From Patescibacteria group bacterium (GTDB lineage Bacteria > Patescibacteriota > Minisyncoccia > Moranbacterales > UBA1568): a stretch of DNA of 64,000 nt. The translations under genes and the position numbers were made by a program. Below, piece after piece: positions 37,812 through 47,978 of this stretch; within the stretch, counting starts at the first letter, position 1, and each line of letters begins with the position of its first letter. Location of the stretch: positions 7,480-71,479 of the forward strand of contig JBBTWT010000011.1 of NCBI GenBank assembly GCA_038078615.1. Direction: 5' to 3'. The notes beneath the pieces were generated by a model. The model searched no databases and was not told where the DNA came from. It saw nothing but the letters and a program-made list of their open reading frames with translations.

Positions 37812-39923
37812 ATGAAATACTCTCTCAAATGGGAAATCTTGTGGATTTTGAACCTCGTCGTCCTCGGCGTCATTTTGGGAATTCTGGCTATTTATTTTTT
37901 CGGCACGCCGAGCGTCAAGAACATCGCCGATTATCCGCTGAAACAGTCCACTATTTTTTACGATAGGACAGGAATCAAGGAGCTGTATCGTCTCTATGAC
38001 GAAGAAAATCGCATCGTCATAGGACACGATGATATTCCGAAATCCATCCGCCTCGCCACCATCGCGTCGGAAGACGCGAACTTCTACACGCACGACGGCA
38101 TCGACATCCTCGCCATTCTCCGCGCGCTCAAAGTCGATATCGTAAACGGAGAGGTCCGGCAGGGCGGATCAACGATCACGCAGCAGCTCGCGCGCAACCT
38201 CTATCTGACCCGCGAGCGCACGCTCGGGCGCAAGATCCGCGAGGCATTTCTGGCTGTCAAGATCGATCGCCATTTCAATAAAGAAAAGATTCTCGATCTG
38301 TATCTCAACGTCGTCCCCTACGGTTCCAACGCCTACGGCATCGAGACGGCGGCTCAGACGTTTTTCGGAAAATCGGCACGCGATCTCACGCTTGCGGAAA
38401 GCGCCCTCCTCGCGGCTCTCCCCAACGCGCCGACGTATTTCTCTCCATACGGAAATCACGGCGAGGAACTGCGCTGGCGACAACGCAATATTCTCCTCCG
38501 TATGCGCGAGCTCGGTTTTATCAGCGCCCAAGAACTGAAACAGGCATTTACGGTCGATATCCTCGCCGAGGTCATTCCTCTCAAACGCCCGATCATCGCT
38601 CCTCACTTTGTATTCTATGTCATCAGCCAGCTTGAAAAAATCTACTCGAAAGAAGAGTTGCAGGTCAATGGTTTCCGAGTACACACCACGCTCGACCTCG
38701 ATCTCCAGGACGCCGCTCAGCAGGCGGTACAAAGCGGGGCGAGAAGGAATATCTCCCGCGGGGCGAGCAATGCCGGACTCGTGGCGCTTGATCCGCGCTC
38801 AGGCGAGGTGCTCGCGATGGTCGGATCACGGGATTATTTCGATACCGGCATCGACGGCCAAGTGAACGTCACGATACAGGCGCGCCAGCCGGGGTCCGCC
38901 TTCAAGCCGTTCGCCTACGCCACGGCGTTCGAGAAAGGTTTCCAGCCGGAAACACCCATCTACGACCGCCCGATCAATTTCGGTCCCGACGGCAGCGGCC
39001 GCCCCTACATACCGCGCAATTATGACGGGCGCTTCCATGGGTTCCTCACCATGCGTCAGGCGCTTGCCATGTCGCTCAACGTCCCGGCCGTGCAGACGCT
39101 CGCGCTCGCCGGCGTCCGAGACACCATCGCGCTTGCCACGCGCCTCGGCATCACCACGCTCACCGACCCGTCGCGCTACGGCCTGGCGCTCGTCTTGGGC
39201 GGCGCCGAGGTGAAGCCGATCGATATGGCGAGCGCTTTCTCGGTGTTCAGCCAGGACGGCATCCGCCACGAGATCAATCCTGTCTTGAAAATCATCGACC
39301 GGAATGGTGAAAAATATGTGCGTGTGCGCAACAAAGACGGCACGCGCGTCTTGAACACCGATATCGCCCGCAAGATAAACTCCATCCTCTCGGATAACGC
39401 GGCGCGCACGCCGATATTCGGTTCGAACAGTCCGCTCGCTTTCCCCGCGGGAGTGACGGTCGCCGCCAAAACCGGGACGACGCAGAATTTCCGCGATGCC
39501 TGGACGGTAGGATACACGCCCTCCATCGCCGCGGCCGTCTGGGCCGGCAACAACGACAACCGGCCGATGCGCGGAGGCGCGGACGGCGTGTTCGTCGCCG
39601 CTCCCATCTGGCGGGAATTCATGAACGCCGCCCTTCTCCGTTTTCCGAAAACAGGTTTCGTGTCTTACACCACAGAGACTGCCACTCCCGAAGCGACGGA
39701 AAAATCCGAATTCGCTGGTGCGAAAACCATCTATTTCGACAAGAAAACCGGCCGAGAAATTTCCAAAGAAAAGGCGAAGAAACTCAAAAAAAGCCGCGTG
39801 GAAAAACGCGCGACTAATGAATTTTCTCCTGAAGGACTTTCTCTCGAAGACTCTTCTCCTGATACGACCATTTCTTTCGATTCTATCCGCGGAGCCTACG
39901 CTTCTCTCCTCCCCAAACCCTAA
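37812..39923 (+). CDS. Class A penicillin-binding protein (PBP1A-type transglycosylase/transpeptidase). The start is placed at the ATG at 37812.
   Basis: Transglycosylase motifs (EDANFYTHDGID; RQGGSTITQQLARN) and transpeptidase motifs SAFKPF and KTGTT. The ORF-track start at 37749 overlaps the divergent NUDIX gene. Confidence 0.85.
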   Translation: MKYSLKWEILWILNLVVLGVILGILAIYFFGTPSVKNIADYPLKQSTIFYDRTGIKELYRLYDEENRIVIGHDDIPKSIRLATIASEDANFYTHDGIDILAILRALKVDIVNGEVRQGGSTITQQLARNLYLTRERTLGRKIREAFLAVKIDRHFNKEKILDLYLNVVPYGSNAYGIETAAQTFFGKSARDLTLAESALLAALPNAPTYFSPYGNHGEELRWRQRNILLRMRELGFISAQELKQAFTVDILAEVIPLKRPIIAPHFVFYVISQLEKIYSKEELQVNGFRVHTTLDLDLQDAAQQAVQSGARRNISRGASNAGLVALDPRSGEVLAMVGSRDYFDTGIDGQVNVTIQARQPGSAFKPFAYATAFEKGFQPETPIYDRPINFGPDGSGRPYIPRNYDGRFHGFLTMRQALAMSLNVPAVQTLALAGVRDTIALATRLGITTLTDPSRYGLALVLGGAEVKPIDMASAFSVFSQDGIRHEINPVLKIIDRNGEKYVRVRNKDGTRVLNTDIARKINSILSDNAARTPIFGSNSPLAFPAGVTVAAKTGTTQNFRDAWTVGYTPSIAAAVWAGNNDNRPMRGGADGVFVAAPIWREFMNAALLRFPKTGFVSYTTETATPEATEKSEFAGAKTIYFDKKTGREISKEKAKKLKKSRVEKRATNEFSPEGLSLEDSSPDTTISFDSIRGAYASLLPKP

Positions 39924-40018
39924 CGGGTAGAGAAATTCACTCTTTCCGCAGGGCGTCCATCGGAGAAAATTTCGACGCGCGATAGGCTGGCGCGATGCCG
40001 ATCAGGCCGCCGATACAT

Positions 40019-40447
40019 TTAGAATAGCCCCTGGCGTTTCTCCTCCGCGTCCATCGCCTCGTTCGCAGCAGCGTCCGCTACGGTATTCAATTCTCGCCGC
40101 ACGTGGACGAACCGCACATCGGCGAAATCGAGCATCAGGTTCCATACTGCCAGAAACAAGGGCTGCAATTTCTCATTCTCGATCTTGTACTCGTGATTGA
40201 GCTGCTTGCAGGCGAGTTCGCTATCCATCCGGCACTCGACAGCCATTCGCTTCGCTTTCGCCTTGCCGATGAGCGATTTGATCTTTTTCAGACCGGAGAC
40301 GATGGCCGCGTATTCGGCCTCATTGTTCGTCTTCGCTCCCAGGCATTCGCCGTACGTCTTATCGAGCGTCTCGATATAGACACCGAGCGCCGCCGGTCCC
40401 GGATTGCCACGCGATCCGCCATCGCTATACATCACGATTCTTTCCAT
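40019..40447 (-). CDS. rnhA: Ribonuclease HI.
   Basis: YSDGGSRGNPGPAALGV...TNNEAEYAAIVSGL...VRFVHVRRELNTVADAAANEA. Confidence 0.85.
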   Translation of the reverse strand: MERIVMYSDGGSRGNPGPAALGVYIETLDKTYGECLGAKTNNEAEYAAIVSGLKKIKSLIGKAKAKRMAVECRMDSELACKQLNHEYKIENEKLQPLFLAVWNLMLDFADVRFVHVRRELNTVADAAANEAMDAEEKRQGLF

Positions 40448-40596
40448 ATCTGAATAACGCTAAAATATCAAGTAAATTTCCCCTTCAGGATACCATACAG
40501 ACGTATTTTTATCTATCAGGAAAACAAAACCTTCAAAAAATAAAAACGCCGTACCCGAAGGTCGTGCGTCAAATGTGCGAGGTATAGTAGGTGTAC

Positions 40597-41082
40597 TTAC
40601 CCGAGCTTGAAGGGTGAAACGATGATGCGCGGTTCGACATATATCGGCCGCACTTCCTTCCCGTTCGGATTCTTACACATCACCCACGTGCCTTCCGCCG
40701 ATGCTGGCGAAAAAAGCCCGTTGGGATCCGCTTGTGGAAGAGTAATACTCCGGTTGTAATTCTCCACTTTCTGTGGATTGGTGAACTGGGTAGCATACGG
40801 GATGCCATACCCGATAGAGTCACAGAAGAAGACGAGTTTTCCCTGCATCTCATTCCACACGTATGTGTAGGTCACCAACCCCTGTTGATCGCGGAGCTCG
40901 AGAATGTCCTTCAGGAGCTTACGCTCCCGGAAATTCTTGATGGCCGGCATGCCGACCTGTGCGGTCCCTTCCTGCAGCATTTTCTCCTGCTGAGCCCGCT
41001 GAGTATCGTCGCTTGTCGGACGCCAATCGCAGCTAACGAGCAAAACAGTAAAGCACACCAAAACAAAAATAGAAGTTCTCAT
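40597..41082 (-). CDS. Hypothetical lipoprotein.
   Basis: Signal peptide with the lipobox LLVSC. 161 aa. Confidence 0.5.
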   Translation of the reverse strand: MRTSIFVLVCFTVLLVSCDWRPTSDDTQRAQQEKMLQEGTAQVGMPAIKNFRERKLLKDILELRDQQGLVTYTYVWNEMQGKLVFFCDSIGYGIPYATQFTNPQKVENYNRSITLPQADPNGLFSPASAEGTWVMCKNPNGKEVRPIYVEPRIIVSPFKLG

Positions 41083-41113
41083 GCTCTTCTCCTGGTTGTT
41101 GGTTGGTTGGTTG

Positions 41114-41467
41114 TCAGCGAGCCATCACACGATCACGCTTAAGATCGGTGATGAATTGACGCAGATCGGCTGGCACTTGCGGCTGAGTGAGATCGAAATC
41201 CGCCGCACGATGCAGAATCATATCGGCAAGCGCCACTTTGTGAGCATCGCCGGCCTGCACGTACTGGAATTGCATGTTCTGCAGCTCCTGAATCATGCCC
41301 TGATTGTAGGCTTTCGATTGTTCGAAGGTTTCCCGACGCACCTGCTCGTACTGCGGTGCGAAGACCTTGTACAGGAAGAAGTCGTTCCCCTGCAGGATCC
41401 ATACGAACCCAAGCAGTAGAACGACGATGCCAGATATACCCAGAACCATCTTTGTCCCTTCGCTCAT
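41114..41467 (-). CDS. Hypothetical membrane-anchored protein.
   Basis: A single N-terminal TM helix. 117 aa. Confidence 0.35.
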   Translation of the reverse strand: MSEGTKMVLGISGIVVLLLGFVWILQGNDFFLYKVFAPQYEQVRRETFEQSKAYNQGMIQELQNMQFQYVQAGDAHKVALADMILHRAADFDLTQPQVPADLRQFITDLKRDRVMAR

Positions 41468-41664
41468 GTTTCACCTCGTTTGTTAAATGACAAATTTGCT
41501 GCAGATTTCTGCGCAGCCTCAGAGTCGCCAGAATAGTTCGACGACAACCAATTGTAGCACATCCCCAATAAAAAGTCAATACGTACGGCTTAGTAATCTA
41601 GAAATTCACCCTACAGCAGAGCTTTGAGAAATTAGATTCTTGAATTTACCCTCAACCAAGCGAT

Positions 41665-41693
41665 TTGTCTCAAAACAGTCAGTCCTGTAGAAT
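41665..41693 (+). promoter_or_regulatory. Promoter TTGTCT-N17-TAGAAT for the CDF gene. The predicted start site coincides with the ATG, implying a leaderless mRNA.
   Basis: The -10 ends 7 nt before the A of the ATG at 41700. Confidence 0.35.
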
Positions 41694-41699
41694 CAGACT

Positions 41700-42719
41700 A
41701 TGATCCGTATCATACAATCAAAAAGAGTCTCCGGTTTTGTTCCGGTATTTTTGGCTTTTTTCGGAAACGCGTTCATTACGGTCATAAAGTTCGTCGGGTT
41801 TTTCCTGTCCGGATCGGGAGCGCTCTTCTCCGAGGCGATCCACAGTTTGGCCGATACGATGAATCAGGGGCTGCTCATGGTCGGTCTCAAGCTCTCGACG
41901 AAGAAAGCGGACGAGGATTTCTCGTACGGCTACGGACAGGAACGGTTCTTGTGGGCGCTCATCTCGGCGTGCGGAATCTTTTTCCTCGGCGCGGGAGTGA
42001 CGATATACCGCGGGATCGACTCGCTCATCCATCCGGAGAGTGTACATATCAGTCCGATCATCTTCGGCATCCTCATCGTCGCCTTCGTCATCGAGACAAT
42101 CACGTTCATCGCTGCGGCGCGCGAACTGAAGAAACACAATCCGGACAGCACTTTGTCAGAAATCCTGGAAGAGGGCGACCCGACGACGATCGCGGTTCTC
42201 TACGAGGACGGGGTGGCGGTGCTCGGCGTCCTGATTGCGCTCGGAAGCATCTTCCTCACGCTCGTCACCGGGCATGCGTATTGGGACGCGATCGGATCGA
42301 TCATCATCGGAGCGCTCCTCGGCGTCGTCGCGGTCGTGCTGATCGCCAAGAACAGAGCCTACCTCATCGGCAAAAACATTCCCGAGGAGATGAAGGATCA
42401 GGTGATCGAGATGCTGGAAGCCGACCCGGCCATCGAGAAAGTGCTGGATTTCAAATCCTCGGTTCTCGACGTGCACCACTATCAGATCAAATGCGAGGTG
42501 GAATTCAACGGCTCGGCGCTGATGAAAGAAATGTTCAAGAAAGGGTTTATCAAGGAGGAGTATGAGTTCGTCAAAGACGACTATCAGGAATTCATAAAAT
42601 TTCTCGTGGATTATGCCGATCGCGTGCCTCGGCTCATCGGCACCAGAATCGACAAGATAGAGAAGCGGATTCAAAATAAGATCCCATCGATCAAACACAT
42701 CGATATCGAGATCAACTGA
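41700..42719 (+). CDS. Cation diffusion facilitator (CDF) family metal efflux transporter.
   Basis: LSGSGALFSEAIHSLADTMNQ (TM2 signature) and the C-terminal cytoplasmic domain. Confidence 0.8.
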   Translation: MIRIIQSKRVSGFVPVFLAFFGNAFITVIKFVGFFLSGSGALFSEAIHSLADTMNQGLLMVGLKLSTKKADEDFSYGYGQERFLWALISACGIFFLGAGVTIYRGIDSLIHPESVHISPIIFGILIVAFVIETITFIAAARELKKHNPDSTLSEILEEGDPTTIAVLYEDGVAVLGVLIALGSIFLTLVTGHAYWDAIGSIIIGALLGVVAVVLIAKNRAYLIGKNIPEEMKDQVIEMLEADPAIEKVLDFKSSVLDVHHYQIKCEVEFNGSALMKEMFKKGFIKEEYEFVKDDYQEFIKFLVDYADRVPRLIGTRIDKIEKRIQNKIPSIKHIDIEIN

Positions 42720-42741
42720 TGACGCGCGCGGGCTCGTCGCA

Positions 42742-44454
42742 TCAGCCGTTTCTGCGGCGCATATCGAGCAGTTTCAGCTGGATGCTCGCGGATCCGTTCC
42801 ACATATTCTCGCTCAGCTGGAAAACGATATCGAGCAGCTCTCCCCTCCGCAGGTCGGGAAACGCGGCACCCAGGGAAAAACCGATGGCGTCGAACATTTT
42901 CGCTCCGCCGGTATCGGGCGCGAGCCTGAGTTTCAGGTGCTTGCTGCCATTTCCCACCAGCCGCGCCTCTTCGACGCGCATATTCTCGAGCACGAATACC
43001 GGCTCAGGGTTGCCCTCGCCGAACGGAGCGAAGAGCCGGAGGTCGCGGACGAGTTTCGGCACGATGTGCTCCGGTTTGAGACGCGCGTCGATCCGGAGCT
43101 CCGGTGCGGTCACGACGCCCTGCAGACGCTCTTCGGCAAGCGCATTGAATTTCTCATAGAATATCTCCAGATTCTCGTTTCGTATCGTCATGCCCGCCGC
43201 CTGCGCGTGCCCGCCGAACTTCACCAGAAGATCGCCGCACTGTTCGAGCACCTCGATAATATTCAGTTCTGGGATGCTCCGGAACGATCCCTGGCTCGTC
43301 GCGATTCCCCGAGTCATCACGCAGGTCGGCTTGCGGAACTCGCTCGCGATACGTCCGGCGATGAGCCCCACGATACCGAATGGGAAATGCTCGTCCACGG
43401 CAAAGATGAATTTCTTATCGGCATACTGTTCGTGAGCGATCGCCCGCACCTCGTCGGTGGTCGCCGCGGTGATCTTCTGACGGGCGACATTGTGGGCGTC
43501 GAGCTCGAGAGCGAGCACCCGGGCATGCGCCTGGTTCTTCTCCATCAGAAGATCGTGCGCGAGCATCGCGTGCGCCATACGGGACGCGGCGTTGATGCGC
43601 GGAGCGATGCGGAATCCGATCATCCGGGCATCCGGCTTCGCATGCTCGTCGATCCTGATGCCGCCGACGGCGAACATCTCCTGGAGTCCCACACGGCGCG
43701 TTTTCCCGAGGACGAGCAGCCCGTATTTCACGATGGCGCGGTTCTCGCCGACGAGCGGCATCACGTCCGCCACCGTTCCGATAGCGACGACATCGAGCAG
43801 CCATTTCAGCTGATCCGTCTGCGTCGGAAGATAGCGCGCGTAGAGCGCCTGCGCCACCTTGAAACTCGTCCCGGCGCCGCAGAGTTCGCGGAACGGATAG
43901 GTCTCGTCTGGCAGTTTCGGATTGATGATGGCGAATGCCTCCGGCAAAACCTTCGGCACGTGATGATGATCGATCACGATGATATCTATGCCGCGTTTCT
44001 TCGCCTCGGAAATCTCCGCGTGATTGGTCATGCCGCAATCGAGCGTTAGGGCGAGCCGCACGCCCTCGCGTTCGAAAAAATCGACGGCATTCGCATGCAG
44101 CCCGTGCCCTTCGCTCAGTTTTTCCGGGATATAGACGGCGACGCCGATACCGAGCGCCTCGAGCGCCTCGCGCATGATGATGGAGGATGTCACTCCGTCG
44201 GCGTCATAATCGCCGAACACGCCGATACGCTCGCCGCGCTTCATCACCTCGCCGATACGCACCACGACGCGTTCCATCCGGGCAAACAGAAAAGGATCGT
44301 GGATATCGCGATCGAAGTTCGGGAACAGGAAACGCTCGCGCGCGTCCTCATCGGCGTAGCCCCGCTCGGCGAGCAGCGCCTCGGTCACCGGATGATATTT
44401 TCTCTCTCGTGCGCCTTCCGGCACAGCATCAATCCTATATTTCCATACCGCCAT
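42742..44454 (-). CDS. recJ: Single-stranded-DNA-specific exonuclease RecJ.
   Basis: DHH motifs (GDYDADGVTSS; DHH in VIDHHHV), a DHHA1 domain and an OB fold. Confidence 0.85.
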   Translation of the reverse strand: MAVWKYRIDAVPEGARERKYHPVTEALLAERGYADEDARERFLFPNFDRDIHDPFLFARMERVVVRIGEVMKRGERIGVFGDYDADGVTSSIIMREALEALGIGVAVYIPEKLSEGHGLHANAVDFFEREGVRLALTLDCGMTNHAEISEAKKRGIDIIVIDHHHVPKVLPEAFAIINPKLPDETYPFRELCGAGTSFKVAQALYARYLPTQTDQLKWLLDVVAIGTVADVMPLVGENRAIVKYGLLVLGKTRRVGLQEMFAVGGIRIDEHAKPDARMIGFRIAPRINAASRMAHAMLAHDLLMEKNQAHARVLALELDAHNVARQKITAATTDEVRAIAHEQYADKKFIFAVDEHFPFGIVGLIAGRIASEFRKPTCVMTRGIATSQGSFRSIPELNIIEVLEQCGDLLVKFGGHAQAAGMTIRNENLEIFYEKFNALAEERLQGVVTAPELRIDARLKPEHIVPKLVRDLRLFAPFGEGNPEPVFVLENMRVEEARLVGNGSKHLKLRLAPDTGGAKMFDAIGFSLGAAFPDLRRGELLDIVFQLSENMWNGSASIQLKLLDMRRRNG

Positions 44455-44474
44455 AATTCATCGTATCTATTATT

Positions 44475-46016
44475 TCAAATAGTGTAGAGAGTGTCTTTCA
44501 CTATCAATCTTTCTTTTCCTTCAATAAATTTGTCATATCCGAACGAACGATAGTAGTCGAACAACATAACCTCCTCTTTAGTTTCTAATTTATATTCTGA
44601 ATAATCTCGCTGAATTTCAACAAAAGTAGAGTCTGATATTTTCCTGGCGGCAATCTCACTAAGAACCCCATCGCCCCGTTTGTAATTCATCCCAATATTC
44701 ATACCTGCCCCATTAGCAAAAGCGAATTTATCGCGTAGTGCGATGTATTCTGGCAGATACTTCAGCGCGATTTTTCTCAAGATAAGTTTTGTGTATTGCT
44801 TCCCATTGTACTCACCAACCTTCTGTGAACTATCGAGAGGCATAGCAATATCGACTAGTTTCTGATCGAAAAACGGACAACGAGTTTCTACTGTATATCT
44901 CATCGCCATCTTATCGATTCTCATAAGATTACCTCTCGACATTGACTCCAAAAGCATTTTGCAACCGAGATTTATTTTTGATTTATTAATATCAAGAAAC
45001 TCATTGTAGCCAGCAAATATCTCATCTGCTCCCTCGCCGGTGAGTACAATTTTAAAACCAAGCCTGTGTGCAAATTTCGAAATAATATCGTTTGCAAAAG
45101 AGTGACGGACAATATTCGGATCATACGTTTCAACAAAATAAACGATGTTCGCTAATTCATGCTCGTAATTTATTTTCGGCTCAATTACTCTGTATTTCCA
45201 CTGCTTTTCTTTGCACAACCTTACAGCACTGATATAGTCAGGTGAATCAGTTTTACCTAAAATGAGAGCTGTAACATTTCGGTGGAGTCGTGTTGCGAGT
45301 TCCATGATTAAACTACTATCGACCCCTCCGCTCAAAAAAACCGCAATCGGTAAATCAGTTTGTACACGCTTTGCGACTGATTCCTCAATGATTTTCTGTA
45401 CAGTCTTCTCCTCTGCATTCTTATTGTCAATTGTCGTAGAGCCAAAATATCTTACAAACTTGTTTTTATAAAAATAGTGCCCCGGCGGGAACTCGTGAAT
45501 TTTTTTTACATCTTCCAAACAGACAAGGGCTTTCATTTCCGAAGCAAGATAAAAATTCTTATGTTCGTCAAAAGCATAGTACAGCGGCTTTACTCCGATC
45601 CTATCCCGTGCGACAAAAATTTCGTTGGATTTTTTATCATAAATTACGAATGCAAACATTTCAGAATCTAGCTTTAAAACTGTTTTCTCCTTATACTCTT
45701 TCCACAGATGGACCAATACCTCCGTATCGTTGTGCGTGCGGAGGGTGTGACCGAGCGATTGTAGTTTTTGAGCTAGATTGACAAAGTTGAAAATCTCTCC
45801 GCTTTGAATAGCAAAAATATCGCCGTTTTTGTCTTGTTGTGGTTGCATCCCAAGTTTTTCGTCTACGATAGCGAGACGGTTGGCTCCGAGAGCAGCATGA
45901 TCAAAAACTTTGTACTCAAAACTATACTCACCACGGTGAGTAATTTTTGAAAGAGATGCTTTTAACTTCTCTTCTTTATTGTTTACTTCCCCAAAAATCG
46001 CAGCTATTCCGCACAT
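44475..46016 (-). CDS. asnB: Asparagine synthase (glutamine-hydrolysing). AT-rich gene, about 35% GC by eye.
   Basis: MCGIAAIFG N-terminal nucleophile and the SGGVDSS PP-loop. Confidence 0.85.
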   Translation of the reverse strand: MCGIAAIFGEVNNKEEKLKASLSKITHRGEYSFEYKVFDHAALGANRLAIVDEKLGMQPQQDKNGDIFAIQSGEIFNFVNLAQKLQSLGHTLRTHNDTEVLVHLWKEYKEKTVLKLDSEMFAFVIYDKKSNEIFVARDRIGVKPLYYAFDEHKNFYLASEMKALVCLEDVKKIHEFPPGHYFYKNKFVRYFGSTTIDNKNAEEKTVQKIIEESVAKRVQTDLPIAVFLSGGVDSSLIMELATRLHRNVTALILGKTDSPDYISAVRLCKEKQWKYRVIEPKINYEHELANIVYFVETYDPNIVRHSFANDIISKFAHRLGFKIVLTGEGADEIFAGYNEFLDINKSKINLGCKMLLESMSRGNLMRIDKMAMRYTVETRCPFFDQKLVDIAMPLDSSQKVGEYNGKQYTKLILRKIALKYLPEYIALRDKFAFANGAGMNIGMNYKRGDGVLSEIAARKISDSTFVEIQRDYSEYKLETKEEVMLFDYYRSFGYDKFIEGKERLIVKDTLYTI

Positions 46017-46135
46017 GCCCTGATTATATCAGCTTTCGTCTCTTTTCCATAAGTTACTGCCAACACAGAAAAACAGATCGGGAATGTTGTAAAATTCCTT
46101 TTCTTCCAAAGTAAGATAAGCCATGAAGAAACTCG

Positions 46136-46690
46136 TCAGATGCACGTGATTTCCGCGTCAAAACGATTGACGTCGCCGTCACGCTTGCGCAGCTTGAGCA
46201 CGATACGGCCGCCAACCTTCTCTTCAGAACAGACGAAGTCTGGATTCAGATCGAAATCCTTCGCGAATTTCGCCGCATCAAAATTGAACGGGTCGATACC
46301 GAGTACGTATTCCTTGAAAGTCAGGATGCTGTTGATACGCGCAATCATATCGTTCGGCGATGTCATATCTCGGATCAAAAAATCCTTCACTCCGAGCGCC
46401 GTCGCGCGCTTGGCATCTTCTTCGCGTCCGAGGTGCGAGAGAAAGATGACCGGCACTCCGGCGGTCGCGACATTCTTCCTGAGCGCCTCGAAAAACTGAA
46501 AGCCGTCCATCCGCGGCATGATGATGCCGGTGACGATGATGTCCGGCACATCCTTGCTCGCCGACTCCAGCCCTTCGAGCCCGTCATTGCCCTCGCGCAC
46601 GTCGAAATTCACCGCGCGCAGGGCGTCGGCGTACAGGCTCCGCGTATTCACATCGTCGTCCACGATCAGGAGCTTCATCGCTTTTTCCAT
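46136..46690 (-). CDS. Orphan response regulator: CheY-like receiver plus an uncharacterised C-terminal domain of about 60 aa.
   Basis: KLLIVDDDVNTRSLY...DIIVTGIIMPRMDGFQFF...K is a receiver domain. No histidine kinase adjacent. Confidence 0.7.
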   Translation of the reverse strand: MEKAMKLLIVDDDVNTRSLYADALRAVNFDVREGNDGLEGLESASKDVPDIIVTGIIMPRMDGFQFFEALRKNVATAGVPVIFLSHLGREEDAKRATALGVKDFLIRDMTSPNDMIARINSILTFKEYVLGIDPFNFDAAKFAKDFDLNPDFVCSEEKVGGRIVLKLRKRDGDVNRFDAEITCI

Positions 46691-46728
46691 AATGGTGCAT
46701 TTAATAAATACCCTCTTACCCCCATTGT

Positions 46729-46763
46729 ATACAAAAACAGGCCTCTCGGCAAAGAGAGGCCTG
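46729..46763 (-). terminator. Intrinsic terminator of dnaJ.
   Basis: On the minus strand, a perfect 10-bp stem CAGGCCUCUC...GAGAGGCCUG is followed by UUUUUGU. Confidence 0.7.
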
Positions 46764-46786
46764 CGAAGCGGATATTCATCCGCGGG

Positions 46787-47875
46787 CTATCCGTTCAGTT
46801 TTCCGAGCTGTTCGATGAGGTGTTTCTCTTCGCGGGAGAGCTTTTTCGGCACGCACAAAGAGACGGTCACCAGATGATCGCCGCGGCCGTAATGCCCGAG
46901 ATGCGGCACGCCCTTGCCGCGTATGCGGAACACCTCTCCCGGCTGCGTGCCGGCCGGAACCTTCATCGTCACGGGACCTTCGACGGTCTCCACGTCCACC
47001 TTGGCGCCGAGCGCCGCCTCTGCGAACGCGATGTGGAGATACGAGACGATATCGTCGCCGCGGCGCTTGAGCGACGCATGCGGACGGATATGGATATTGA
47101 TGAACAGGTCGCCTGACGGAGCGCCGTCTTCTCCCGCCGCTCCGCCTCCGCGCATGGAGAGCGTCTGCTCATCGTGTACGCCGGCCGGGATCTCGATCAC
47201 AATCCGCTCTTCCTTGTGCATGCGTCCGGCGCCGTGACACTCCGCGCATTTTTCCGCGTATGTCTTGCCGCGTCCGTGACAGCGCTCGCACGTCTTCATC
47301 TGCGCGAACGCGCCGAAAATGGTCTGTACCACGCTCTGTATCTGCCCGCTCCCCTTGCAATCCGCGCAGGACGTTTCTTTGGATCCCGGCTTTCCGCCCG
47401 TGCCGTGACAGACGCTGCAGCGGGACAATTTGCGCAATCGCACGTCCTTTCTGGCACCCTTCACCATCTCTTCGAACGCGATCTCCACATCCACCGAGAT
47501 ATCGGCGCCGGCGCGACCATGACCGCGGGAACGGCCGCTCCCGCCGAACATATCGGCGAAAATATCCTCGAAACCCGTCCCGGAAAAATCCCAGCCCGAG
47601 GCTGGTCCGCCTTGGGCGGAGAAACCATCAAAGCCGGCTCCTCTCTGCCTTGATCCTCCTCCGTTACCGCTATAGGTCTGACCGAACTGGTCGTACTGAT
47701 GGCGCTTCTCTTTGTCGGACAATACCTGATAGGCCTCGTTGATCTCCTTGAATTTCTTCTCATCGCCGCCGCCCTTGTCCGGATGATATTTGTGCGCGAG
47801 CCTGCGGAACGCCTTCTTGATCTCGTCATCCGAGGCGCCTTTGGCTATGCCCAATGTGTCGTAATAATTCGCCAT
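46787..47875 (-). CDS. dnaJ: Molecular chaperone DnaJ.
   Basis: J-domain (YHPDK), G/F region, four CxxCxGxG zinc-finger repeats, and the C-terminal domain. Confidence 0.9.
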   Translation of the reverse strand: MANYYDTLGIAKGASDDEIKKAFRRLAHKYHPDKGGGDEKKFKEINEAYQVLSDKEKRHQYDQFGQTYSGNGGGSRQRGAGFDGFSAQGGPASGWDFSGTGFEDIFADMFGGSGRSRGHGRAGADISVDVEIAFEEMVKGARKDVRLRKLSRCSVCHGTGGKPGSKETSCADCKGSGQIQSVVQTIFGAFAQMKTCERCHGRGKTYAEKCAECHGAGRMHKEERIVIEIPAGVHDEQTLSMRGGGAAGEDGAPSGDLFINIHIRPHASLKRRGDDIVSYLHIAFAEAALGAKVDVETVEGPVTMKVPAGTQPGEVFRIRGKGVPHLGHYGRGDHLVTVSLCVPKKLSREEKHLIEQLGKLNG

Positions 47876-47912
47876 AATCGTCTCAGATATTCTTTGATAA
47901 CATCATAGGAAC

Positions 47913-47941
47913 ATCTTAGCGTAAAACAAAAAAATTAGCAA
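47913..47941 (-). promoter_or_regulatory. dnaJ promoter, TTGCTA-N17-TAAGAT.
   Basis: Read from the minus strand, about 40 nt upstream of the dnaJ ATG. Confidence 0.4.
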
Positions 47942-47978
47942 TCTCTTGACCAGAGTGCCAATCATACGCTGTCTGCGC

